Shown piece by piece: positions 18,798 to 29,144 of a stretch of DNA of 64,000 nucleotides. This stretch comes from Verrucomicrobiota bacterium. GTDB lineage: Bacteria; Verrucomicrobiota; Verrucomicrobiia; Limisphaerales; AAA164-E04. Position numbers and translations under genes: made by a program. Under the pieces are notes generated by a model that was given only the letters and a program-made list of their open reading frames with translations, did no database searches and was not told where the DNA came from. Each line of letters starts with the position of its first letter. Within the stretch, counting starts at the first letter, position 1. The stretch spans positions 5,856,001-5,920,000 of the forward strand of contig CP170459.1 of NCBI GenBank assembly GCA_047947115.1, in the 5' to 3' direction.

Positions 18798-20276
18798 TCA
18801 AGGAACTTTCCCCTGAGGACCAACAAATACAGTCCGGACCCTCTCAAGCTCTTCTTCACCGCTGAAAACTCCGACCTCAATGCGCGTCTTTTTCCCATCC
18901 ATGAGATCCGGTCCCAACTCAACCAACACGGACGATTCGGCAAGGGATCCTGCTTTGACGATGATATCGCCCCCCATCACCCGAATACTCCCGCCTTCCA
19001 TTCCCATCAAACGCAAGTCCACCGGAATATCGTGAGAGGTCTTGTTGGTAAGTTTCAACAAGTAAAGATTCGTCACCCGTCCATCAGGAGTGGTCTGAAA
19101 CAACGTGCCGGGAGCCCTCAACAAACTGGTCTCCACATCCGATCGGGTCAGCAACAAAGTAAAAAACGCCGTCACCAGAGCCGTCAATACCACAGAATAT
19201 CCAATAATACGCGGCGTCACCTTGAGTGGCAGACCTTTCTCAATACCATTCAATGAAGCGTAGCGCACCAATCCCAGGGGATGCTTTAACTTGCTCATCA
19301 CACCATTGCACGCGTCAATACATGCCGCACAATTCACGCACTCCATTTGGGTTCCATTGCGAATATCAATCCCGGTCGGACACACCGCCACACACTGATT
19401 GCAGTCAACACAGTCCCCCACACCCTTCTCCTGACGTTCGGATTCGCTTTGATTGCGATTCAGACGTTGACGACTTTCACCTCGTTTATGATCGTAGGCC
19501 ACCACAATGGTGTTTTCATCCAGCAAAGTGGATTGAAACCTGCCATAAGGACAGATGAACGTGCAAGCCTGCTCCCTGAACCTGGCAAAGATGGCGAAAA
19601 ATATCAGCGTAAAAATCACCATCGCCGCCAAACCCTGGGTGTGGTTCAACGGATTGTCAGTGATGATGGCATACAGATTCTCGATTCCGATCACATACGC
19701 GAGCAAGGTGTTGCCAATCACAAACGACAGACCGAAGAAAACCGAGTATTTGGCCACACGCTTGGCTATTTTTCCCCCCGTCCATGGTGCTTTGCTCAGC
19801 TTTTTCTGTTCCAGAGAATCGCCATCAATCCAATACTCAATTTTTCGAAACACCATTTCCATCAACAAGGTCTGGGGACAAGCCCATCCACACCACACAC
19901 GACCGAACACCGCAGTAAACACCACAATGCTGATGATCCATATCAGCATACCCAAAGCGAAAAGGAATGTGTCCTGCGGCCAGAATATCTGCCCAAATAT
20001 GGAGAATTTACGTTCTACAATGTTGAACAACAGGAGAGGATTTCCATTGATCCGTATGAATGGACCGGTAAAGAGAATGACCAGCAATAGATAACTGAAC
20101 CATGTGCGGAAATTATAAATCCGACCTTTTGGTTTCTTGGGATACAACCACATCCGATGACCTTGCTGGTCGGCCGTCGCCAGATGATCACGGAAATCTT
20201 TCCAATCAATGTCCTGATTTGCAGATTCACCCTTTTGCCTGGGTTCAGGATCGTCAGTCGTGAGGCTATCTTTCAT
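18798..20276 (-). CDS. ccoG: Cytochrome c oxidase accessory protein CcoG (FixG)
   Basis: GRVWCGWACPQT, REQACTFICPYGRFQ, two 4Fe-4S motifs CVDCNQCVAVCP and CVNCAACIDAC. Confidence 0.95.
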   Translation of the reverse strand: MKDSLTTDDPEPRQKGESANQDIDWKDFRDHLATADQQGHRMWLYPKKPKGRIYNFRTWFSYLLLVILFTGPFIRINGNPLLLFNIVERKFSIFGQIFWPQDTFLFALGMLIWIISIVVFTAVFGRVWCGWACPQTLLMEMVFRKIEYWIDGDSLEQKKLSKAPWTGGKIAKRVAKYSVFFGLSFVIGNTLLAYVIGIENLYAIITDNPLNHTQGLAAMVIFTLIFFAIFARFREQACTFICPYGRFQSTLLDENTIVVAYDHKRGESRQRLNRNQSESERQEKGVGDCVDCNQCVAVCPTGIDIRNGTQMECVNCAACIDACNGVMSKLKHPLGLVRYASLNGIEKGLPLKVTPRIIGYSVVLTALVTAFFTLLLTRSDVETSLLRAPGTLFQTTPDGRVTNLYLLKLTNKTSHDIPVDLRLMGMEGGSIRVMGGDIIVKAGSLAESSVLVELGPDLMDGKKTRIEVGVFSGEEELERVRTVFVGPQGKVP

Positions 20277-20594
20277 AATTGTCTAAATGATCATATGCTC
20301 TATAAAGGGTAAATAACCCACAAGTCGAAACTACTCTTTTTACTCAAGTTAACTCTCCTTTTTTTGCGTTTTACTGAAACAATATTTGTGAAATGAAGCA
20401 CTATGGAAAACACGTGTTTCTCATGTGCATTTGACAGAATGAAGCTGACCGCCACACGAAAAGCTTTACTAATAAGGCAAATTGAAACGGCTTATCAAAT
20501 CTTTGCTACCATCAATTTTTGTTGTCACGTCACCTATTTTTGTTCAACATGGTTCCACTAACAGATAAAAGAGACTGAGCAAAAGTTTTCGACC

Positions 20595-21512
20595 ATGGAC
20601 AGCAAAGATGTGATGATGGAGGAGAACTTCCGGGAACAGGACAAGTGCCTTACCGAGGCGCTGTTGGAGTCCAATGTTTTCAAGGAGTTCGAGAAGTCGT
20701 TCACCGAAGCCAGTGGGATGCCCCTGGCATTACGCCCCAAGGAGTGTTGGCAACTGCCGCTTCACGGCAAGGAGAATGAAAGCCCTTTCTGTAGCCTGAT
20801 GGCTGAGGCCAGCAAGACTTGTGCATGCTGCCTCCAGCATCAACAAAAGATCATCGACGATTGCAATGGCGCCCCTCTGACATTGGATTGCCCACACGGA
20901 TTGAGTGATACAGCGGTTCCGGTAAAGCTGGGAAATCGCACCATTGCCTTCCTGCAGACAGGCCATGTTTTCCAGAGAAAACCGAGCAAGGCCCAATTGG
21001 ACCGCATGTCCAACCAAATGGAGGAATGGGGAATCGACTTTGACAAGGAAAAGCTCAGCAAAGCTTATCACGACACCAAGGTCATCGGCAAAAAGCAGTA
21101 TGACGCGATGATTACCATGATGAAGTTGTTCGCCGAGTACCTGTCGGTACTTAGCAATCAAATCGCGGTGCGCCAGAACAACGCTGAACCAGTTTTCATT
21201 GTGAAAGCCAAGCAATTCATTTCCGAACACTATTCGGAACCTCTTTCCCTGGAGCAAGTAGCCAAGGCTGTGAACACCAGTTCGTTTTACTTCTGCAAGA
21301 TGTTCAAACGCATTACGGGTCTGAACTTTACAGAATACGTATCAAGGGTTCGCATCGAACGTGCAAAGAACCTGCTCCTCAATCCCAATCTGAGAATCAG
21401 CGAAATTGCCTTTGAAGTGGGATTTCAGTCATTAACCCATTTCAACCGAGTTTTCAGAAAGATGGTGGGGTTGTCCCCAACCGATTACCGCGGAAAACTT
21501 CCGGTCAGTTGA
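20595..21512 (+). CDS. AraC family regulator with N-terminal PocR sensor domain
   Basis: N-terminal PFC..TCACC..CPHGL..AVPV; C-terminal double HTH ISEIAFEVGFQSLTHFNRVFRK. Confidence 0.9.
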   Translation: MDSKDVMMEENFREQDKCLTEALLESNVFKEFEKSFTEASGMPLALRPKECWQLPLHGKENESPFCSLMAEASKTCACCLQHQQKIIDDCNGAPLTLDCPHGLSDTAVPVKLGNRTIAFLQTGHVFQRKPSKAQLDRMSNQMEEWGIDFDKEKLSKAYHDTKVIGKKQYDAMITMMKLFAEYLSVLSNQIAVRQNNAEPVFIVKAKQFISEHYSEPLSLEQVAKAVNTSSFYFCKMFKRITGLNFTEYVSRVRIERAKNLLLNPNLRISEIAFEVGFQSLTHFNRVFRKMVGLSPTDYRGKLPVS

Positions 21513-22406
21513 TCAATACACAACAGCGCGAACACCTGTTTTCTTGGAGATGGCCTGGGCAATTGCCGACAAGTTGTTCAACTTCAAATGACCAACCTCG
21601 GTGTTCCATACTGGACGTGTGGCAGAGTATATCTGCACCGAGGCGATTTTCGCGCCTTCTTTGCGCAGCTCGCAAATCCTTGCAATCAGTTGATCGACCT
21701 CTTTGGGAGTCGGCCCAACTCCGTTGATCGCCGTCTGAAGACTCTGAATAACGACTGGACGTTTCTTGGCAACTCCCAGAATCCCCTGTAATAGAGCGTC
21801 CAATTTTTCTGAGGTACCGTTGATTTTCTGAAAGCGCTCCTGATCCCCTACATCCAGTTTGACCCACACTTCGTCCTGGCGATCCTCCAGAAGTTCAATT
21901 CCGTTGGCCACGTCTTCTTCCATTAATTTCGATGCGTTGGAGATCAATACCAGTTTGAAAAAAGGAAACATGCGCAAAGCGCGAAAATGAACCAATGACT
22001 GGACCACTTCCAGAAAATTAGGACTCAGGGTAGGTTCACCATCTCCACTGAGTGAAATGTGCTTCAGTTCCAACAATCCTTCCGGAAGTTGATGATAATA
22101 AGGACGCCGATGCAGCTTGCGCGTACTGACCATGGTCATGACATCACGCAATTCATTCATCATCTTCTCAATGTCCACAGGAAGCTCCAGCCCCGTCACT
22201 CGATTTGGCACCTCACAGTACAAGCAATTAAAATTACAGCAGCGTGTGGGGTTCAAATTGACTCCAATGGACAAGCCCCCAGCTCTGGGAGATATGACGG
22301 TGTAAACGTAGCGCCGCTCATCAAAATCTCGAGCACAACCAAAGGCGGTACAGGAAGCAGGTTTTGGCTTCGCGGCCGGGGCTATCGAATCTACAATGGA
22401 TGACAT
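21513..22406 (-). CDS. Radical SAM protein (COG0731-like, function unknown)
   Basis: CNFNCLYC triad, SGDGEPT, KLD.G. Confidence 0.88.
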   Translation of the reverse strand: MSSIVDSIAPAAKPKPASCTAFGCARDFDERRYVYTVISPRAGGLSIGVNLNPTRCCNFNCLYCEVPNRVTGLELPVDIEKMMNELRDVMTMVSTRKLHRRPYYHQLPEGLLELKHISLSGDGEPTLSPNFLEVVQSLVHFRALRMFPFFKLVLISNASKLMEEDVANGIELLEDRQDEVWVKLDVGDQERFQKINGTSEKLDALLQGILGVAKKRPVVIQSLQTAINGVGPTPKEVDQLIARICELRKEGAKIASVQIYSATRPVWNTEVGHLKLNNLSAIAQAISKKTGVRAVVY

Positions 22407-22474
22407 AATGGTGGCGCTGGGATTTTATGTTGAAAGGAGGCGATACCTGATGTGAGAAACTTTCAGACAATTCC

Positions 22475-23020
22475 TTATGAGTCCTGATCGGCATCTTCCT
22501 CCTCGTCCAAAGAAATGAATTCATGCTCCTTTTCCCGAACCACCAAAACAGGACAGGTCGCATGACGAATCACGCGTTCCGCAACACTTCCCAAAAGGAG
22601 ATGTTTGAATCCGGTATATCCGTGTGTGGATATAATAATCAAATCAGTGTTGGTTTCCTTGGCTGTGTCGGATACCACCTGAAAAGGATGGCCCGTTTTC
22701 ACCAGACATTCCACGGAGGTTTCCGCAGAAAAATGAGCCTTCTCTTTCAGACGTTCCAATTGTTTGCCAGCAGCCTCTTCAGCCTTCCCCTCATCCCATA
22801 CCAGCGGCCCATAAACAAGGTCGGGAGCTGCAACCGGAACAAGCACGTGCAGCAAAATGACTTTGGAATGAAATACCTGCGCCAGTGAACGGGCATACTG
22901 GATGGCTCGATAGGATTCATGTGAGAAATCGGTCGGTACAAGGATCGAATGCAGATGTACGGGCGATTTGATCGACTCATCAGTCATTATGGATCCAGCT
23001 TGGTTTTCAGTATCACTCAT
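22475..23020 (-). CDS. Universal stress protein
   Basis: ILVPTDFS, DLIIISTHG, LLGSVAERVIRHATCPVLVV. Confidence 0.93.
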   Translation of the reverse strand: MSDTENQAGSIMTDESIKSPVHLHSILVPTDFSHESYRAIQYARSLAQVFHSKVILLHVLVPVAAPDLVYGPLVWDEGKAEEAAGKQLERLKEKAHFSAETSVECLVKTGHPFQVVSDTAKETNTDLIIISTHGYTGFKHLLLGSVAERVIRHATCPVLVVREKEHEFISLDEEEDADQDS

Positions 23021-23330
23021 GGCTTTGTCCTTTCTGATTCAACTGTGATCCAAAATCGCCAATCAATCCCTACATACCTTGGTCAACAGTAACCGAAAAT
23101 TGGCACCGAATGGTTCAAAATCTGAACAAAACCACCGTTAACCGCAACGATACCTAAAGCAACACTACCCCAGAAAAACAATGCTAACCACTTGTTATTA
23201 ATACATTAAAAACAAATCCATCTAAATACAAAACATACCCTCCCCACGGAATGCCAATACCTTGATGAAAGAAGCAAAGTTAGCTGCACTCATTATGGAA
23301 ATTCTGTTTGTAAATGGAGATAATTTCCAC

Positions 23331-24821
23331 CTAAGCCTTTAGCACCTCAAACCTATGTTCCAAATAGCGGGCATGATAGCCTGGCCGAGTTGTCTGCCCC
23401 GTAGCGGATTGCATCAGTTCCGCCGGCTCGTAACGGCGCCCGTGACGATGCACCTTTTCGCGCAGCCAAGCCAATATCTCAGCATAATGCCCATCTTGAA
23501 GAACGGCCGCAGGTGTACCCAAATCGCTTTGAGCAGCCGAAAACAATTGGGCGGAATTAAGATTGCCCAAAGTATAGGTTGGAAAATAACCGAATCCACC
23601 CATACTCCAATGAATATCCTGCAAACACCCACGCGCATCATCCGGCACTTCCAATCCAAACATGGACCGGAAACGCTCGTTCCATGCAGCTGGCACATCC
23701 TCCACTTTCAAATCCCCCGAAAGCAGATCCTTCTCCATCTCAAATCTCAAAATGATATGCAGATCATAGGTGACCTCATCCGCTTCCACTCGAATAAAGG
23801 AAGGAGAAACACGATTAACCGCCAGAGTGAGGTCTTCGGGTGTCCACTTTTTCAATGCCGGCAGGCATTCACAGGCTATCTCATACCAATCCTGCCAAAA
23901 CGCCGGATCACGTCCGATTTTGTTTTCCCAGAGTCGCGACTGCGATTCATGGATCCCCAATGATACCGCCTCTGACATGGGAGTGCCGGCATGCACAGGC
24001 AAAAATCCCTGCTCATACAAACCATGCCCGACTTCGTGTAATACGCTGTAAAACGATTCGGTGAAATCCAATTCATTGTAGCGGGTCGTCAGACGCACAT
24101 CATGAGGCCCCAGATCCGTACAAAATGGATGAGTGGTGGCGTCAATCCTGCCCGCTTCAAAATCAAATCCCATGGCCCGCGCTACCATCTCGTTGAACTT
24201 TTTTTGACCTTCCAACGGATAAAACCCCTGAAGATAGTCCGATGAAATCCTCCTGGTGACATCCATGGCTTCGGGGAGCAACTTGACGATAAACTCCTTC
24301 AACTTTGAAAAGACCGGTGACAAATCCTCACTGGTGCAGCTGGGCTCATAAACATCCAGCAAGGCGTCGTAAGGATTCTTTTGGTATCCATAGTAATCCG
24401 CCTTTTGACGGGACATCTCGACCAGTTTGGACAGATGATTTGAAAAAAGTTCAAATGAACTTTTACGACGCGCCTCCGCCCAGGCCGCTTTCGCGAGTGC
24501 ACATTCTTTTTCGAAGGATTCCACAAATTCGGTGGGCAATTTCACTGCACGATCTCGGTCACGACGCCAGGCCGACACATTGGCGTTTTGAAACGGATCC
24601 AGAGAACCTGATTCCGATTCACAAGACTCGATCCAATCCCCCACCTGTTGAGAGATCAAACGCTCATGAGACAAACCACTCAAAAACGCCTGCTGATCGG
24701 CTCGAAAAGCGACCCCCTTGGATGGCAGGTAGGTCTCATGATCCCAATCGAGCAAGGCGATGGTCTTATTGAGATAAGAGGTTTGCAAGAAATGACTGCG
24801 TAACTGGTCATAGGTTTTCAT
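23331..24821 (-). CDS. Carboxypeptidase M32 (Taq family)
   Basis: HPF, DVRLT, HEVGH, HESQ, IRVEADE, QDIHW, YFPTY. Confidence 0.95.
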   Translation of the reverse strand: MKTYDQLRSHFLQTSYLNKTIALLDWDHETYLPSKGVAFRADQQAFLSGLSHERLISQQVGDWIESCESESGSLDPFQNANVSAWRRDRDRAVKLPTEFVESFEKECALAKAAWAEARRKSSFELFSNHLSKLVEMSRQKADYYGYQKNPYDALLDVYEPSCTSEDLSPVFSKLKEFIVKLLPEAMDVTRRISSDYLQGFYPLEGQKKFNEMVARAMGFDFEAGRIDATTHPFCTDLGPHDVRLTTRYNELDFTESFYSVLHEVGHGLYEQGFLPVHAGTPMSEAVSLGIHESQSRLWENKIGRDPAFWQDWYEIACECLPALKKWTPEDLTLAVNRVSPSFIRVEADEVTYDLHIILRFEMEKDLLSGDLKVEDVPAAWNERFRSMFGLEVPDDARGCLQDIHWSMGGFGYFPTYTLGNLNSAQLFSAAQSDLGTPAAVLQDGHYAEILAWLREKVHRHGRRYEPAELMQSATGQTTRPGYHARYLEHRFEVLKA

Positions 24822-24940
24822 GGAGAAAACCTAAACAAAGTCATCACGCGATAGCCACCCAAATCCCCATCAAAATCTTGGAACCACCCCTCAACACCTT
24901 TTTCGCTTTTCGGAACCGCTCTCAACCGTATGATTTCCCC

Positions 24941-25933
24941 ATGCATTCACCAAAATCCGGGCAATCCCTTGGGAAGAGCTGCCAGCCGAGCATGGATCGA
25001 CGCACCTTCATGGCTCAAAGCAGTCTTGGTCTGGCTGGATTACTGACCAGCACCCACCAACGATTCGCGGAAGCAGCATCCGGCGCCACCCGCTTTCAAT
25101 TACACTACTGCCTGCCATCCTGCATGTATGGCAAACTTTCGCTCGAAGAAATCCTACCGGAAATAGAACAGATTGGAGCCAGCTGCATTGATCTCTGGCC
25201 CAAGCCCCATGGAGATCAGCGCGAGCAAGCCGATGCGATGGGATGGGATACACTGCGTGCCAGCCTGAACGAAAGAAAAGCAACACTCGGCTGTTTGACC
25301 CGTTACGACCTGGGCCCCTTCGGCCTCAATGATGAACTGAAGCTGGCCGGGAAAATGAAATGCCCGCTGATTGTTACCGGTGGCAAAGGACCGGTGGGGC
25401 TGTCGGGCCAGGACCTCAAAAAGGCCGTGGGCGAGTTTGTCGAAAAACTCAAACCCCACCTGGAAGTGGCCGCCGCCAACGAGGTGACCATCGCCATTGA
25501 AAACCACGGCAACAATTTGATCCACACCGCCGACTCCCTTCGATGGTTGGCTGAGCTTGCCCCCAACCAACACCTGGGCATTGCACTGGCGCCCTATCAC
25601 CTCGAAACACTCGGACTGGATGAACAAGATTTGGCGGCGCTGATTCGGGATATCGGATCGCATCTTTCCATGTTTTACGCTTGGCAACACGGAAAGGGAT
25701 GCATGACCAAGCTTCCCAAGGAAGAAGAACTCCTTCAAATGCCCGGACGTGGTGATCTGGATTTCACCCCGATCCTTGCCGCCCTCAAATCCATTCAATA
25801 CAGGGGCCTGACGGAAATCTTCATGCATCCGGTGCCACGAGGAATCCCTATATTGCCCACAGCAAAGGAAGTGACAAAGGAGATCAATCTGGCGAGAACT
25901 TACTTGGAATCGCGGCTAAATCAGATTCAATAG
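24941..25933 (+). CDS. Xylose isomerase-like TIM-barrel sugar isomerase/epimerase, Tat signal
   Basis: DRRTF Tat motif, IENH, QMPGRG.LDF, EIFMH. Confidence 0.8.
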   Translation: MHSPKSGQSLGKSCQPSMDRRTFMAQSSLGLAGLLTSTHQRFAEAASGATRFQLHYCLPSCMYGKLSLEEILPEIEQIGASCIDLWPKPHGDQREQADAMGWDTLRASLNERKATLGCLTRYDLGPFGLNDELKLAGKMKCPLIVTGGKGPVGLSGQDLKKAVGEFVEKLKPHLEVAAANEVTIAIENHGNNLIHTADSLRWLAELAPNQHLGIALAPYHLETLGLDEQDLAALIRDIGSHLSMFYAWQHGKGCMTKLPKEEELLQMPGRGDLDFTPILAALKSIQYRGLTEIFMHPVPRGIPILPTAKEVTKEINLARTYLESRLNQIQ

Positions 25934-25937
25934 AGCC

Positions 25938-26516
25938 ATGCAACACAAAGTGCTCATCATTATCGGCGACGCCAGCGAAACCGTCGACACACTTTACCCT
26001 TACTACCGATTGATCGAGGGAGGCTATCAACCCGTGGTCGCCGGCCCTGAAGTGCATCGTTACAACATGGTCATGCACGAAGTCAAACCCGGCTGGACCA
26101 TCACGCGCGAATGGGAAGGCTACACCATTCAATCCGACATTGCCTTCCGCGATGTGAACCCCGAGGAATACCTGGGCATTTTCTTCAGCGGAGGCCGGGC
26201 ACCCGAATACATCCGCTATGACAAACACCTCGTGAAGATGACCCAACATTTCTTCGAAACCAACAAACCGGTGGCAAGCGTCTGCCATGGCGTGGAAATC
26301 CCCGCCTATGCTGACTGCGTCCGGGGACGCAAAATGGCCACCGTCCCCAAATGCCAGTTTGATCTGGAAGTGTGCGGTGGCACCTTTGTCAACGAAGCGT
26401 GTGTCGTGGACGGCAACCTGGTCAGCGGTCGCACCTATCATGATCACGGACATTACATGGGGGTCTGGATGAAGATGCTGGACGAAGCCCGTTCCAAACT
26501 GGAAGCAAATTCATAA
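25938..26516 (+). CDS. DJ-1/PfpI family protein
   Basis: GGRAPEYIR, SVCHG nucleophile elbow, VVDGNLVSGR. Confidence 0.92.
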   Translation: MQHKVLIIIGDASETVDTLYPYYRLIEGGYQPVVAGPEVHRYNMVMHEVKPGWTITREWEGYTIQSDIAFRDVNPEEYLGIFFSGGRAPEYIRYDKHLVKMTQHFFETNKPVASVCHGVEIPAYADCVRGRKMATVPKCQFDLEVCGGTFVNEACVVDGNLVSGRTYHDHGHYMGVWMKMLDEARSKLEANS

Positions 26517-26570
26517 TTTCACAAACCATCGCCAAGGAATAAAGATAGATTCCAAAAGAAAGGATCAAAC

Positions 26571-27638
26571 ATGGGATTATTCGATTTTGTAAAAGGACAA
26601 TTACTGGAAATCATTGACTGGGATGACGATTCAAGGGACACCCTCTCCTATCGTTTCCCCGACGATGACAGGGAAATCAAGCGCGGCGCCCAACTGATTG
26701 TCCGCGAATCGCAAATGGTGCAATTCGTTTACCTGGGCGAATTCGGCGACACCTTCCAACCGGGCAAACACACCCTCACCACCGACAACATCCCTCTCCT
26801 CACCACGCTGAAATCGTGGAAATACGGATTCGAATCCCCTTTCAAAGCCGACGTCTACTACGTTGTCACCCGCGCCTTTACCGGGAACAAATGGGGCACG
26901 TCCAATCCGGTGATGATGCGGGATCAGGACTTTGGCATCGTACGTGTTCGAGCTTTCGGCACCTATGATTTCAAAATCACCAACCCGCGCCTGTTCCTCA
27001 AGGAAGTCGCCGGAACCGACCATCACTTCCGCCTGAATGAATTCGAAGAGACTATGCGATCCCGAATCGTCAGCGTTTTCAGCGAAGCACTTGCCGAATC
27101 CAACATACCGGTGCTCGATGTGGCTTCGCGCTATTCCGAATTGGGCGAGTCATTGTTGCCTCTGATCAATGCGGTCATGACCGCCAAATACGGACTGGAG
27201 TTCACCTCCTTTGTCGTTGAAAACGTTTCCGTTCCCAAAGACGTGGAAGAGGCCATCGACAAGCGCTCCAGCATGTCGGCAGTCGGCAACCTCAACGACT
27301 TTGTCAAATTCCAGATGGCTCAGGGCATGGAACGTGGCCAGAGCGGAGCCGGCGGCATGGCTACGGAAATGGCGGTTGGCATGGCTCTCGCCCAACAGAT
27401 GATGCAACAACAAGGATTCATGCCACAAGGCGCCGGAGCAGCCCCGGTGCAGGGACAAGCTTCCGCTCCTGCCGGATTGAATTTCAACCTGCTCAACCCC
27501 GCCCAGGCAGCCCAGGCGCTTGGGGTCACAGAGGAGGATGTTATGGCTGAAATTGAAAGTGGTTCCCTGAAAGCGCGTAAAATCGGATCCAGCTACCGGA
27601 TCACCAAAGACGCGCTCGAAGCATTTCTAAACGGATAA
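26571..27638 (+). CDS. SPFH/band-7 protein (YdjI-like) with C-terminal excisionase-like HTH
   Basis: QLIVRESQ, PFKADVYY, KWGT.NP, VRAFGTY; tail LLNPAQAAQALGV..G.LKARKIGSSYRI. Confidence 0.85.
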   Translation: MGLFDFVKGQLLEIIDWDDDSRDTLSYRFPDDDREIKRGAQLIVRESQMVQFVYLGEFGDTFQPGKHTLTTDNIPLLTTLKSWKYGFESPFKADVYYVVTRAFTGNKWGTSNPVMMRDQDFGIVRVRAFGTYDFKITNPRLFLKEVAGTDHHFRLNEFEETMRSRIVSVFSEALAESNIPVLDVASRYSELGESLLPLINAVMTAKYGLEFTSFVVENVSVPKDVEEAIDKRSSMSAVGNLNDFVKFQMAQGMERGQSGAGGMATEMAVGMALAQQMMQQQGFMPQGAGAAPVQGQASAPAGLNFNLLNPAQAAQALGVTEEDVMAEIESGSLKARKIGSSYRITKDALEAFLNG

Positions 27639-27647
27639 CGACGCTTC

Positions 27648-28745
27648 ATGGCCGAACGCACCGCGCATCAAAAACACAGCTGCCCGGCTTGTGGAGCTGA
27701 AGCCCAATGGAATCCATCCAAACAGGCCTTGGTCTGTATTTACTGCGGCACCGAAGCTCCGGGTGAACTCGACGAAAAAACCGGACAAATCAAGGAAAAC
27801 GACTTGATCGCGGCGATGCGCGCCGTCTCAAAAGATTCGCAGGGTTGGAAAACGGAAAGGAAATCCGTCAAATGCCAAAGCTGCCAGGCCATCTCCGTAT
27901 TCGAACCCAACCAGATCGGCAAAACCTGCGACTTTTGCGGATCCGCACAACTCATTCCCCACGATCAGGCACAAGCGCCCATTCAACCGGAAAGTCTGCT
28001 CCCCTTTTCAGTCGATGAAACACGCGTCAGGGAAGACATGCGCAAATGGTATCGATCCCGCTGGTTTGCGCCCAACAAGCTCAAGCAAAAGGCATTCACC
28101 GACACCGTCCATGGAGTTTACCTCCCCTATTGGACCTTTGACGCGCAAGTCCACGCCAACTGGACAGCCCAGAGCGGCTACTATTACTACACCACAGAAA
28201 CCTACCGTGACTCAAATGGCAACACACGCACACGCCGCAAACGACATACGCGCTGGAAACGATCCTCTGGATCCATCAGCCATTTTTTCGATGACGAACT
28301 TGTGCCCGGAACCAAAGGGGTCGATCTCAACTTGCTGCGTAAAATTGAACCCTTCCCGACCAAACAACTGAAACCTTACGACCCTGGTTTCCTTTCGGGC
28401 TGGACGGTTGAACAATACCAGATCGACCTGGTAGCTGCCGCTCAAAAATCCCGTGATCGTATGGATGGAAAAGTCCGCTCCATGTGCGCCAGCGATGTCC
28501 CCGGGGACACCCATCGATTCCTGCAAGTCGACGCCCATTACAGCGAACAAACCTTCAAACACATCCTCACACCCGTCTGGCTGCTGACTTACCGCTACCG
28601 CACCAAAATTTACCAGGTCCTGATCAACGGCTACACCGGTGAAATCGCCGGCAATTACCCGAAGAGCTTCTGGAAAATCTTCTTCCTCGTCATCTTCCTT
28701 GCGACAATCGGCGGACTGATCGCCTTTTTCGTGAATCAAAGGTAA
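27648..28745 (+). CDS. Double zinc-ribbon membrane protein (YdjG-like partner of SPFH)
   Basis: CPAC/CIYC and CQSC/CDFC pairs, GVYLPYWTFD, NGYTG...G, C-terminal TM. Confidence 0.82.
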   Translation: MAERTAHQKHSCPACGAEAQWNPSKQALVCIYCGTEAPGELDEKTGQIKENDLIAAMRAVSKDSQGWKTERKSVKCQSCQAISVFEPNQIGKTCDFCGSAQLIPHDQAQAPIQPESLLPFSVDETRVREDMRKWYRSRWFAPNKLKQKAFTDTVHGVYLPYWTFDAQVHANWTAQSGYYYYTTETYRDSNGNTRTRRKRHTRWKRSSGSISHFFDDELVPGTKGVDLNLLRKIEPFPTKQLKPYDPGFLSGWTVEQYQIDLVAAAQKSRDRMDGKVRSMCASDVPGDTHRFLQVDAHYSEQTFKHILTPVWLLTYRYRTKIYQVLINGYTGEIAGNYPKSFWKIFFLVIFLATIGGLIAFFVNQR

Positions 28746-28764
28746 ACGTGTGCATGTGGTTTGT

Positions 28765-28797
28765 AACCGCGGATTAAGCAGATGATCGCAGATGAAG
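28765..28797 (+). repeat. Short degenerate tandem repeat (GCRGAT units)
   Basis: aaccgcggattaagcagatgatcgcagatgaa. Confidence 0.4.
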
Positions 28798-28955
28798 AAG
28801 GGGCGCACTTTGCCACCGGGACCATTGTAATCGTTCGCAACATACCAAGTCAGCTAGCACCTTGAAGCTGATTATATGACTAAATCTGGGAAAGTTTGCG
28901 CAATCTCAAAGATCGCGCCTCGCTGCGATGCATTTCATATCTTCAAAACCTCGGG

Positions 28956-29144
28956 CTAGGTTTGGTTCAATTTCCTGATGGGGGATTGATCCAAGGCCTT
29001 CCAGGCGCGATCGGTGTCTTCATACCAGCCTTTGAATACATCATCTACTGAAAGCATGATGGTTGGACGCGTTCCCACAATACGAATACGCCGCCCCCCT
29101 CTCATCATACGAATATCTACTTCATGTTCCGAAAACAACTTCAT
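28956..29144 (-). CDS. Small hypothetical protein or gene remnant
   Basis: 62-aa ORF from ATG 29144, preceded by an 8-bp palindrome at 29167-29189; no family recognised. Confidence 0.3.
   Translation of the reverse strand: MKLFSEHEVDIRMMRGGRRIRIVGTRPTIMLSVDDVFKGWYEDTDRAWKALDQSPIRKLNQT

Noticed and set aside
20277..20594. FNR box upstream of ccoG
   Set aside because: Only partial half-sites with wrong spacing (e.g. TTGAAACGGCTTATCAA) were seen.
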